NCBI GenBank assembly: GCA_002715785.1
Contig: PBAA01000048.1
Span: 1 to 37,351, forward strand
Reading direction: 5' to 3'
Source of the DNA: Gammaproteobacteria bacterium
GTDB lineage: Bacteria > Pseudomonadota > Gammaproteobacteria > Pseudomonadales > Azotimanducaceae
DNA: 37,351 nt
Shown: positions 8,764-16,974 of the stretch, piece by piece
How the letters are laid out: each line of letters opens with the position of its first letter
How positions within the stretch are numbered: the first letter of the stretch is position 1
Notes under the pieces: generated by a model
The model's database searches: none
Seen by the model: the letters and a program-made list of their open reading frames with translations, nothing else
Told to the model about the DNA's origin: nothing
Program-made: the position numbers and the translations under genes

Positions 8764-9969
8764 TCAAAAATCTGCGGCTGGCGTCGCGCGCGTTCGCGCG
8801 GGAGACCAAAAGGGTTCATGTTTAATCGTGCATCTGGCGACTTTGCTGTACTGTCGCAGTTCCTTTTCATAATAGATTTCCGACCAGATTTCGCCTTCGA
8901 GATATTTGGTCTCGATCATTGCAAGCGCTATGTTTGCCTTGGCTGCTGGCGACCACATGCCGGATGTAACGTAGCCAATTTCCTCGGTGCAACGCTTGTT
9001 GCTGTATAGGAACGAACCTTCGGCAGGTTTATTGCCCTCGATGTCCAATTTCGTCAACGTGTAGCGCGGCCCACGTTTTTTCTCGTCGAACAAGGCCCTC
9101 CGACCGTTGAAGTGGGGTTTCTTAAAGTCGACCAACCATCCTAAATTAAGTTCGAAGGGTGTCTGGTCGTGTTCGAAATGGACAGTTTTTAGAGCTTCGT
9201 TGAACTCGTATCCCGGCATAATAAACCCGGCTTCGAGCCTCAACATGTTGGTCGCCTGGTCGCCGTAGGGATGAATACCCAGATCGTGGCCGGCTTTGTA
9301 GACAGCGTCCCACAACGGGATCGCGAGGTTATGATCTATCCATAGCTCGTACCCGAGGTCACCAGTGAATCCAGTTCTGGACACCATAAGTCGCGCATTT
9401 TGAAAATCGAAAAAGTTGATCGAGAAGGGCTTCGCGCTCTCGATATTCTCGAGACCCATACTCTTGAGTACAGCGCACGAAGTTGGCCCTTGCAGTGCCA
9501 TCGCCGCGACATCATCAGTCTTGTCGTCAATAGTGATGTCGTGGAAGCCGAAAGCGCTCTTGTCCAGCCAGGCGCTGCAGGGACTACCACAATTCAAGAT
9601 AAAGTGATCGTCTCCTAGCTTGAAAATCGTGCCGTCGTCGATCAGACGGCCCTCGTCGTTGCACCACACTACGTAGCTGGCACGATTGGTTCGTATTTTC
9701 GTTACGTCACGAGTCACCATCCGGTCTAACATTTTTTCCGCGTCTGCACCGGTGATGTGATATTTCTGCATAGGGCAAATGTCGTAGGTGCCACAGGTAT
9801 TGCGGACGCAAAAATATTCGAACTCCACGTCGTAAAAGTACTCTGCGAATTTGTAGCCGTTCCAGGACGACCAAGCGTCGTGAATATTGAGTTCATCTTG
9901 GCGTTGCTGGAAGTGGCTGGGTTTGGGCCGCTCGCTAGAAAAATCGTAGTCACTCATCGTAGAAGTCAT
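8764..9969 (-). CDS. GcvT-fold aminomethyltransferase-family protein (folate-dependent C1 transfer), free-standing
   Basis: SRTGFTGDLGYELWI matches the GcvT signature (SRTGYTGE.GFE). Length and domain order fit GcvT/DmdA-like proteins. The start (ATG 9969 or 9957) overlaps the stop of the upstream flavoprotein gene at 9950-9952. Confidence 0.8.
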   Translation of the reverse strand: MTSTMSDYDFSSERPKPSHFQQRQDELNIHDAWSSWNGYKFAEYFYDVEFEYFCVRNTCGTYDICPMQKYHITGADAEKMLDRMVTRDVTKIRTNRASYVVWCNDEGRLIDDGTIFKLGDDHFILNCGSPCSAWLDKSAFGFHDITIDDKTDDVAAMALQGPTSCAVLKSMGLENIESAKPFSINFFDFQNARLMVSRTGFTGDLGYELWIDHNLAIPLWDAVYKAGHDLGIHPYGDQATNMLRLEAGFIMPGYEFNEALKTVHFEHDQTPFELNLGWLVDFKKPHFNGRRALFDEKKRGPRYTLTKLDIEGNKPAEGSFLYSNKRCTEEIGYVTSGMWSPAAKANIALAMIETKYLEGEIWSEIYYEKELRQYSKVARCTIKHEPFWSPARTRATPAADF

Positions 9970-11569
9970 CTACCGGAACACTATTGGGTCGCTTAAGATC
10001 GATCAGAATTTCGCGCGCTGCGTTAGCACCACATGCGGACGACACGCCACCACCTGGATGCGTGGAGGAACCGCACATGTACATATGCTTTAGAGGCATC
10101 CTGTACTGCGCGTAACCGGGGAAAGGGCGGTTGAAGAACAACTGATCGATTGTGAGTTCACCTTGAAATATGTTGCCCTCGGTCAACCCGATTTCCTCTT
10201 CTATCTCGTGAGGAGTTCTCACTTCCATGTGCACAATCAAGTCCTTGAAGCCCGGGCAATAGCGAGCGATTTTGTCGACCACAGTTTGGCCAAACAGGTT
10301 TCTTTTCTCTTCTGTCCAAGGTCCGTCCGCAAGTTCGGCGGGACAGTACTGGATGAAGTTCGACATCCAGTGTTTTCCCGGTGGTGCAACCGTCGGATCC
10401 CAGGCAGAAGGAATAACGCCCTCGACGTAGGGATCGTCGGAGAAACGTCCGCGCTTCCAGCAATCGTACGCTCGTTCCATGGTTTCCAATGACCCCGTTA
10501 ATTCGAGCCCGCCTCGATTAACGTAGGCGTTGTCGGGCACGTTACTGAATTTAGGCAATGCGGATAAGGCAATGTTCACTTTTCCCGACGATCCGCGAAT
10601 CTTGAAGTTTTTTGCTTTATCGTAAATCCCGGGCGGGAGATCTTTCTCGTCCATGATTTGGGTAAATGTTCGTTTGGCGTCAAGGTTTGATACGACTACT
10701 CGGGCTCTGATTTCGTCTCCGTTTTCTAAGGCGACGCCTACCACCTTGTTTCCCTCGACAAGTATTTGTTCAACGCCAGCGTTGGTTCTGATTTCTCCGC
10801 CGAACGATTGAAAGGCCGATGCAATGGCTTTCGAAATTGCTCCCATGCCACCTCGCGCTAGACCCCAGGCGCCGATGCTCCCATCGACATCTCCCATTAC
10901 GTGGTGCAGCAAAATATATGAAGATCCGGGTGAGTAAACGCCTAATGCTGTACCGATGATTCCAGAACTCGCCTTGGACTGCTTGATCAACTCGTTTTCG
11001 AAGTAATCCTCGAGAAAGTCAACCGCGCTTAGCGTAAAGAATCGGACGTATTCGTAGATTTCCTTCTCACCGAGAGACCAAAATTGTTTTGCAAGGAACA
11101 GAAGTTCATGGATATCTCGACGTCGAAAAGAGGTCGGGTCGGGGGGTGTACGGAGCAATGTTTTCCGAATCAGTCGGGCGTATCTGGTCAGGTCAGCTTG
11201 AAAGCGGAACATCGAATCGGCGTCGTGTTTCGAATGCCGTTTCAGTTCAAGATAAGCGGCTTCCTCGCTGTTGTAGGCGATCAGTGTGTTCCCCACGTCG
11301 TCGTAGTTTACGGAACCTAGATACGGCACCAGAATTAACCCATGTCGACTGAGATCTAAGTCTCGATGGATTGCTTGACGCATCAAGCTGCAAACGTACG
11401 AACAATTTGAATATGTCCAACCTTCATGTAATTCACGGGATACAGCTGCACCGCCTATGTAGTCGTTCTTTTCTACGACCAGAACATCAAGGCCCGCCTT
11501 GGCCAAATAAGCTGCGTTTGTCAGGCCATTGTGGCCGGCCCCGATAATGATGGCATCGTAACGCTTCAC
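9950..11569 (-). CDS. FAD-dependent oxidoreductase, phytoene-desaturase/amine-oxidase-like (COG1233-type), paralogue 2
   Basis: N-terminal dinucleotide fold YDAIIIGAGHNGLTNAAYLAKAGLDVLVVEKNDYIGGA and C-terminal MCGSSTHPGGGVS..GANAA. The GTG start at 11569 overlaps the stop of the upstream paralogue (GTGA). Confidence 0.8.
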   Translation of the reverse strand: MKRYDAIIIGAGHNGLTNAAYLAKAGLDVLVVEKNDYIGGAAVSRELHEGWTYSNCSYVCSLMRQAIHRDLDLSRHGLILVPYLGSVNYDDVGNTLIAYNSEEAAYLELKRHSKHDADSMFRFQADLTRYARLIRKTLLRTPPDPTSFRRRDIHELLFLAKQFWSLGEKEIYEYVRFFTLSAVDFLEDYFENELIKQSKASSGIIGTALGVYSPGSSYILLHHVMGDVDGSIGAWGLARGGMGAISKAIASAFQSFGGEIRTNAGVEQILVEGNKVVGVALENGDEIRARVVVSNLDAKRTFTQIMDEKDLPPGIYDKAKNFKIRGSSGKVNIALSALPKFSNVPDNAYVNRGGLELTGSLETMERAYDCWKRGRFSDDPYVEGVIPSAWDPTVAPPGKHWMSNFIQYCPAELADGPWTEEKRNLFGQTVVDKIARYCPGFKDLIVHMEVRTPHEIEEEIGLTEGNIFQGELTIDQLFFNRPFPGYAQYRMPLKHMYMCGSSTHPGGGVSSACGANAAREILIDLKRPNSVPVDDFYDE

Positions 11570-13110
11570 GATAGAATCTCATGCGCAGCATTGTGTCCGG
11601 GAACACCGGTGATATCGCCTCCGGGATGCGATCCCGCCCCGCAAAGATATAGACCTCGTAGGGGCGTCTGATACTGCGCCGCACCATAGGTGGGTCGCAT
11701 CATAAAAAGTTGATCGAGTGCGAATTCGCCGTGGTGCCAATGACCTCCTGACGTACGGAACCTCTGTTCAAGATCGATGGGTGTCAGAAGTTCGCTTGCC
11801 ACAATCTGCTCACGAATGGTGGGCGCGTACAACTCGATTTTGTTGATAAGTTTGTCGATGAACGTGTCGATGGCTGTCTGATCCCATTGGCTTTTCATCT
11901 TGTAAGGGACGTACATGACGTGAGCGGACAAGACATGCTGACCACTTGGGGCGAGTGAGGGATCGCGCATGCTCGGAATCACTATCTCCATCACAGGATC
12001 AGTAGGACATTGGCCATACTTTGATTCGTCAAAAGCACTTTCAATCGTTGCCATATCCGGAGAAATGAGTAGCTGACCGTCGGATTGATCTAAGCCAGTG
12101 AATTGTGGCAAGCCGTTTAAGGCGAGATGGAGTTTTGCAACAAGCCCTTCTGAGCGAATACGGCGGATCCGATTCGTGAACTCGATTTCGAGATTTTCCG
12201 CACCCAGTAAAGTGAGAAACGTTGTCTTGGGGTCTGCCGAAGATACGATATTTTGGGCGGATATCAGTTCCCCGTTATCAACTTGCACACCGGTCGCACG
12301 AAGACCTTCTTTCTGCTGATCAACCACGATACGGCGTACCGACGAGTTGGTTCGAATCTCAATACCCTGTGATTTGGCTGATGAGCAGAGTGCGTCAATA
12401 AGGCGCGACGTACCTCCATTTGGTATTTCGTGTAAACCGCTCATGCCCTCAGACATTCGGTAGAGCATTAACATCACGGAATTGTTGGGCGACCTTGGTG
12501 CTTGCTTCGATCCGATAAGGCCGTTCCAGCAGAGTAGGGCTTTAAGGAGTGGATGATCGAAATACTCGTCCATGAGATCGTGTGTTGGCAGCGAGACGAT
12601 CCGTAGAAACTCGCGCATGTCGTCCTTGCCCAACATTCGCATTTTCACGCCAAGTTGAGCGAACGACAGTAGCTCGTGTAACGAATTGTTACCGATAGCG
12701 GGAACAGTTTTCAGCCAGAAGGGTGCTAAAAGATTGGCGAAGCGCTCGGTGAGTTTCGAGTAGTTTGCATAAGAGACCCGGTCTTTTTCGGTTACTCCGC
12801 TGACCGTATCGCCGTCGAGTACGACGTGATTCCCCTGGCGATTTAGCGCCACGCACGGCAGAGGGTTTGCCATAGCTGTTAGACCATGTTTCTGCAGTTC
12901 TAAGTCCCGATATATTTTTCGTGAGAAATGGCTGACCGTGTGTGCTACCGAGGTCCTAAAGCCAGGATGAAATTCGTAGCTAGACGCGAGCCCACCGGCC
13001 GCGCTTGATGCCTCAAGGACAAGAACCTTTTGTTTTTTTTGCGCCAGGTAATTGGCGCAAACCAGTGCGTTGTGGCCTGCGCCAATGATGACGGTGTCGT
13101 ATTGAGTCAC
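11566..13110 (-). CDS. FAD-dependent oxidoreductase, phytoene-desaturase/amine-oxidase-like (COG1233-type), paralogue 1
   Basis: YDTVIIGAGHNALVCANYLAQKKQKVLVLEASSAAGG and C-terminal LCGAGSHPGGDITG.PGHNAA. It is colinear with the downstream paralogue. The start is GTG. Confidence 0.8.
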   Translation of the reverse strand: MTQYDTVIIGAGHNALVCANYLAQKKQKVLVLEASSAAGGLASSYEFHPGFRTSVAHTVSHFSRKIYRDLELQKHGLTAMANPLPCVALNRQGNHVVLDGDTVSGVTEKDRVSYANYSKLTERFANLLAPFWLKTVPAIGNNSLHELLSFAQLGVKMRMLGKDDMREFLRIVSLPTHDLMDEYFDHPLLKALLCWNGLIGSKQAPRSPNNSVMLMLYRMSEGMSGLHEIPNGGTSRLIDALCSSAKSQGIEIRTNSSVRRIVVDQQKEGLRATGVQVDNGELISAQNIVSSADPKTTFLTLLGAENLEIEFTNRIRRIRSEGLVAKLHLALNGLPQFTGLDQSDGQLLISPDMATIESAFDESKYGQCPTDPVMEIVIPSMRDPSLAPSGQHVLSAHVMYVPYKMKSQWDQTAIDTFIDKLINKIELYAPTIREQIVASELLTPIDLEQRFRTSGGHWHHGEFALDQLFMMRPTYGAAQYQTPLRGLYLCGAGSHPGGDITGVPGHNAAHEILS

Positions 13111-13246
13111 GTGGACATCTTAGCGTAGTAATCGGTTGCGTTGACGAGCATATTGCGTGTGATCGGTCATGGCGATGGAGTCGTTGCCAGAAACGGTAAA
13201 TGAACCCACGTCATCGTCAGATTCACGAGAATGATTCGACACATTG

Positions 13247-14623
13247 CTACACCGTCAATAACAGATGCTGACGTTCCCACGCCGTAACGGTGGATGAAAA
13301 CTCACTGAGTTCTCTCGCCTTGAGATCAACGAACACGTTAACGAACCTTTCACCTAGAAGATCAATGATTGGTTCACACTGTAAGAGTAGCTCAAGCGAT
13401 TCGTGCAGGGATCGAGGTAGGGTGCGTTCAAGATCCCAAGCGCTTTCTGTTATGGGTTTGCTCGGACGTAAACCTTCCTGGATACCCAGGTAACCGCAAG
13501 CAAGACTCGCCGCAATCGCAAGGTAAGAGTTCGTATCGGAACCAGGTATTCGGTTTTCAATTCGGGTCGAGTCGGCGTTGCTACGCGGTATCCTGAATCC
13601 TGTCGTTCGATTGTCGATGCCCCATTGAGTATTGGTTGGGCAAGATTCTGCGTCTTCGAACCTTCGGTACGAATTTACGTAGGGTGCGAGGAATGCCATG
13701 ACGTGAGGCGTGTACTTCTGAAGACCGCCAAGGTAGGCGTATAACTGCTCGCTGTATTCGCCGTCATTGTCCGAGAAAAGATTCTCCCCGGATACGGCCT
13801 CCACGATACTTTGGTGTAGATGCATCGCGCTGCCGGGCTCATGCGACATCGGTTTGGATAAAAAGGTTGCGTGATAACCCTGTTCCACGGCGGCTTGCCT
13901 CGCAATCCTTTTAAAATTGAACATCCCGTCAGCAGACGCCAAAGGGTCGCCGTGCCGGAAGTTGATCTCTAGCTGGCCGCATCCCATCTCGCTGACGACA
14001 CCTGCCGTCTCGATATCGTGGCCCTTTGAATATTCGTATAGCCTTTCGAGGAAAGGGGAGAACTCGGCTAGAGCTTCTGTTTGGAAAGAGCGGGGCGTTT
14101 TCTGCTGGCGACCAGATGTGCCGGTTGCAGCTTGAATGGGTTTGGTGGGGTCGGGATTTTTTTCCACCAGATAGAACTCGGCCTCTTGAGCAACGACAGG
14201 ATTCAAGTTCTTGGCGTGAAAAAGCTCCAGGATATGTTTCAAAATCGTTCGTGGTGCGATAGTTGAGGCGGCGCCTTCGAGAGTTTCACAGTCGCAAATG
14301 CATTGCGCGGTTTTGGTGGTCGACCAAGGCTGCTCGATCAGAGTTGTTGTATCCGGGATCAACAACATGTCGATATCAGCAACGTCGAATAGGTCGTGAT
14401 TTTCAGACCACCCACCAATGATATCTTGTCCAAATACCGCTTCTGGCAAACGGATGCCGCCTTTTGCCAGGTCTTCGGCTGGGACGATCTTCCCTTTACT
14501 CACACCGTGAATGTCAGGGACCAGACATTCGACTAGATCGATCTGGCGGGAGGCTAGCCATTCTTCTGCCGTAGTCATCGGCGCGTGCTCAAATAAATGC
14601 GCTGGCACTTTGCCAGCACTCAT
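13247..14623 (-). CDS. Glutamine-synthetase-family gamma-glutamyl-amine ligase (PuuA/PauA/GmaS-like)
   Basis: GS catalytic-domain segments EAEFYL, GQLEINF, HATFLSKPM...GSAMHLHQS, APYVNSYRRF, DNRTTGFRIP and RIENRIPGSD.N.YLA are colinear with E. coli PuuA as recalled. The start is uncertain (TTG 14635, ATG 14623 or ATG 14578). Confidence 0.85.
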   Translation of the reverse strand: MSAGKVPAHLFEHAPMTTAEEWLASRQIDLVECLVPDIHGVSKGKIVPAEDLAKGGIRLPEAVFGQDIIGGWSENHDLFDVADIDMLLIPDTTTLIEQPWSTTKTAQCICDCETLEGAASTIAPRTILKHILELFHAKNLNPVVAQEAEFYLVEKNPDPTKPIQAATGTSGRQQKTPRSFQTEALAEFSPFLERLYEYSKGHDIETAGVVSEMGCGQLEINFRHGDPLASADGMFNFKRIARQAAVEQGYHATFLSKPMSHEPGSAMHLHQSIVEAVSGENLFSDNDGEYSEQLYAYLGGLQKYTPHVMAFLAPYVNSYRRFEDAESCPTNTQWGIDNRTTGFRIPRSNADSTRIENRIPGSDTNSYLAIAASLACGYLGIQEGLRPSKPITESAWDLERTLPRSLHESLELLLQCEPIIDLLGERFVNVFVDLKARELSEFSSTVTAWERQHLLLTV

Positions 14624-14715
14624 TTTTGGTTGCAAACGTGCTCAGCCATCCGCATTGATCGGCCTCGTCAAACTGGCTATCGTCGAAATGAGTATTAACC
14701 CAGGGCACCAGTTCG
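14624..14715. promoter_or_regulatory. Divergent intergenic region between the GS-like operon and the spuC-like operon
   Basis: This call is positional only. The two outward-facing operons must be initiated from here. I could not identify convincing -35/-10 or sigma-54 elements by eye. Confidence 0.3.
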
Positions 14716-16077
14716 ATGTACAACTACACTACCGATCAACTACAGGATCTGGATACCAAACACTATCTTCATCCCTTTACCGATCACCGACAGCTGGCCG
14801 TCGAAAGAAGCCGTATCATTACTCGTGCGAATGGGATCTATCTTTGGGACAGCGATGGAAATCGCTACCTGGATGCGATGGCTGGTCTCTGGTGCGTCAA
14901 CGTTGGCTACGGGCGCGAGGAAATTGCTGACGCCGCAAGCCAGCAGATGCGTGAATTGCCCTACTACAATAGTTTCTTCAAAACCGCGCATCCACCTGCC
15001 ATTGAACTATCACGCCTCGTCTGTTCGCTAGCTCCAGCGCATTTGAATCGCGTGTTCTTTACCGGTTCCGGATCCGAGGCAAACGATACCGTCGTCCGAA
15101 TGGCTCGCTATTACTGGTCATTAAAAGGGCTACCAGATAAGAAAGTCATCATCAGTCGCAACAATGCCTACCATGGGAGCACGATCGCAGCCGCGAGTCT
15201 CGGGGGCATGCGCACTATGCACGTGCAGGGCGGTCTTCCTATTGCCGACATAGACTACATAGGTCAACCGTACTGGTACCAGGATGGCGGAGATCTTCTT
15301 CCGAACGAATTCGGCGAGAAAGTTGCAGATGAACTGGAACAGAAGATCCTCGAGCTTGGCGAGGGTAATGTCGCGGCATTTATCGCTGAACCAATACAAG
15401 GTGCCGGTGGAGTCGTCATTCCGCCGCCAACCTACTGGCCCAGAATTCAATCAATTTGCGATAAGTATCAAATACTGTTGGTCGCTGACGAAGTTATCTG
15501 CGGGTTTGGGCGAACCGGCAAGTGGTTCGGGAGTGACTACTTCGAAATCAAACCGGACTTGATGTCGATTGCTAAAGGTCTGTCTTCGGGATATGTACCA
15601 ATCGGCGGAGTATTGGTCAGTGACGATGTTGCGTCCGTTCTGATAGAAGATGGCGGTGAGTTTAACCACGGATTCACATACTCGGGTCATCCTGTCGCCG
15701 CCGCCGCCGCCATTGCCAATCTTAATATCTTGCGGGACGAAGGCGTGGTCGATCGAGTGGAGACCGAAACGGCCCCCTATATTGCGAAGAAATGGCAACA
15801 ATTAACGGCGCACGAGCTGGTCGGTGAGGCTAGGATTGTGGGGCTCATTGGCGCTCTGGAGTTGGTGAAGGACAAAGCTACGCGGCAGTTCTTCGACGAT
15901 CGAGGAGCAGTGGGTACGCTCTGCAGGGATATTTGTTTTAACAGCGGCTTGGTCATGCGAGCCATAGAGGACACGATGGTGATTTCGCCACCTCTTTGTA
16001 TTACCAGGGGGGAAATTGATGAGCTGATTGGTCTTGTTGTGCGTTGCCTCGATCAGACCGCGCAAAAGATTCAGTGA
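14716..16077 (+). CDS. spuC: Polyamine (putrescine):pyruvate aminotransferase, SpuC-like class III PLP enzyme
   Basis: Near-colinear with P. aeruginosa SpuC from memory: HYLHPFTD, LDAMAGLWCVNVGYGREE, MRELPYYNSFFKTAHPP, FFTGSGSEANDT, FIAEPIQGAGGV, ADEVICGFGRTG, FTYSGHPVAAA, MRA..DTM.ISPPL. Confidence 0.85.
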   Translation: MYNYTTDQLQDLDTKHYLHPFTDHRQLAVERSRIITRANGIYLWDSDGNRYLDAMAGLWCVNVGYGREEIADAASQQMRELPYYNSFFKTAHPPAIELSRLVCSLAPAHLNRVFFTGSGSEANDTVVRMARYYWSLKGLPDKKVIISRNNAYHGSTIAAASLGGMRTMHVQGGLPIADIDYIGQPYWYQDGGDLLPNEFGEKVADELEQKILELGEGNVAAFIAEPIQGAGGVVIPPPTYWPRIQSICDKYQILLVADEVICGFGRTGKWFGSDYFEIKPDLMSIAKGLSSGYVPIGGVLVSDDVASVLIEDGGEFNHGFTYSGHPVAAAAAIANLNILRDEGVVDRVETETAPYIAKKWQQLTAHELVGEARIVGLIGALELVKDKATRQFFDDRGAVGTLCRDICFNSGLVMRAIEDTMVISPPLCITRGEIDELIGLVVRCLDQTAQKIQ

Positions 16078-16093
16078 CGGGACAACGTTGGGC

Positions 16094-16954
16094 ATGAAGT
16101 TTAAGGATTCGATATACGACACCTTTAGTTTCTCAGCGGATCTGAATCTTGGAGCGGTCGGGAGCGTTGAAGATCTGTTAGGCCAAGCCAGAATATTGTC
16201 AGGCTCGGTCGATGGAATACACGTAAGCGACGGTCCCAACGATGGCGTCCACTTCCCGGCGTTGGCCGCCGCTCGGTTGCTTATAGAAAATGATATCGAT
16301 CCAATTCTGCAAATATCCTGCCGCGACAAGACCCGGTCGACCTTGGAGATCGAAATAGCGGGCGCACTCGCGCTGGGTGTGACCAGTATGCTCCTCGTAC
16401 GCGGCGAATCAGCGGGAATCAGCGGTACATCGGATCGGATTGTGAAAGTCAGCACGACCGAACTCATCCAGTTGGTGCGCAGTTTGGAAGACAGAGCGGA
16501 GCAAGCCAATTTATCGGTGGGTACGATCGCAACCGTGTTCAAGCCAGCCGCCGATTGGCGACCGCAAGCACTGCTAAAGAAAACGCATGCTGGCGCAAAT
16601 TTCATTCGCACACAGCTGTGTTTTGATACCGACAAGCTTAACGTCTACATGCCCAATCTAGTTCGGTCCAAAGTGACGTGGAAGGCGCCGATTTTCGTTA
16701 ACTTAGCTGTTTTGCCATCGGCTAAAGCCGCCAAATGGCTGGCCGAAAACCTGCGCGGTTCTCTGATTCCCCAAAAGGTGATTAAGCGAATGGAACAAGC
16801 CGTCGACCCGATATCGGAGGGAGTCGACGTCGCAGCGGAACTCATCGCCGAATTCAACACGATCCCGGGGATCTCGGGGGTTTGCCTCATGACGCCAGGA
16901 CCGCCCGAACTAATCCTAGAGGCGATCAAGGCCTCGGGAGTACGACAGGAATAG
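16094..16954 (+). CDS. Methylenetetrahydrofolate-reductase-fold (MetF/MTHFR family) protein
   Basis: I moved the start to ATG 16094 (MKFKDSIYDTFSFS), because the listed 16028 start overlaps the spuC 3' end. FSFS.., HVSDGP, QISCRDKTR, MLLVRGES, KKTHAGANFIRTQLCFD, PIFVNLAVLPS and GVCLMT follow the MetF TIM-barrel layout. Confidence 0.7.
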   Translation: MKFKDSIYDTFSFSADLNLGAVGSVEDLLGQARILSGSVDGIHVSDGPNDGVHFPALAAARLLIENDIDPILQISCRDKTRSTLEIEIAGALALGVTSMLLVRGESAGISGTSDRIVKVSTTELIQLVRSLEDRAEQANLSVGTIATVFKPAADWRPQALLKKTHAGANFIRTQLCFDTDKLNVYMPNLVRSKVTWKAPIFVNLAVLPSAKAAKWLAENLRGSLIPQKVIKRMEQAVDPISEGVDVAAELIAEFNTIPGISGVCLMTPGPPELILEAIKASGVRQE

Positions 16955-16974
16955 CGGATGTGGCGTTGACTAAA

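Noticed and set aside
8764-9969. Calling the GcvT-fold protein specifically DmdA (DMSP demethylase) or the glycine-cleavage T protein
   Set aside because: The subfamilies cannot be discriminated by eye. No gcvH/gcvP or dmdBCD genes are nearby. Its tight coupling to two flavoproteins argues for a different role.
14601-14617. Perfect 7-bp inverted repeat GCTGGCA-CTT-TGCCAGC near the 5' end of the GS-like gene
   Set aside because: It could be a 5' regulatory hairpin if the true start is ATG 14578. But a 7-bp stem is expected by chance a few times in 37 kb, and it may simply be coding sequence (SAGKVPA).
13247-14623. Calling the GS-like gene a true glutamine synthetase (glnA) or specifically GmaS
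   Set aside because: Its overall layout resembles PuuA/PauA-type ligases, and the polyamine context supports that. However, PuuA-type versus GmaS-type cannot be resolved without alignment or phylogeny, so I leave it as a family-level call.
15802-16635. 277-aa ORF on the minus strand spanning the spuC 3' end and the MTHFR-like gene
   Set aside because: It is antisense to two plus-strand genes with clear family motifs. Its product is Ser/Arg/Pro/Ala-rich with no recognisable motif, which is typical of a shadow ORF. The same reasoning applies to the other listed antisense ORFs, for example 60..479, 1246..1674, 22362..22721, 30125..30499 and 35319..35615.
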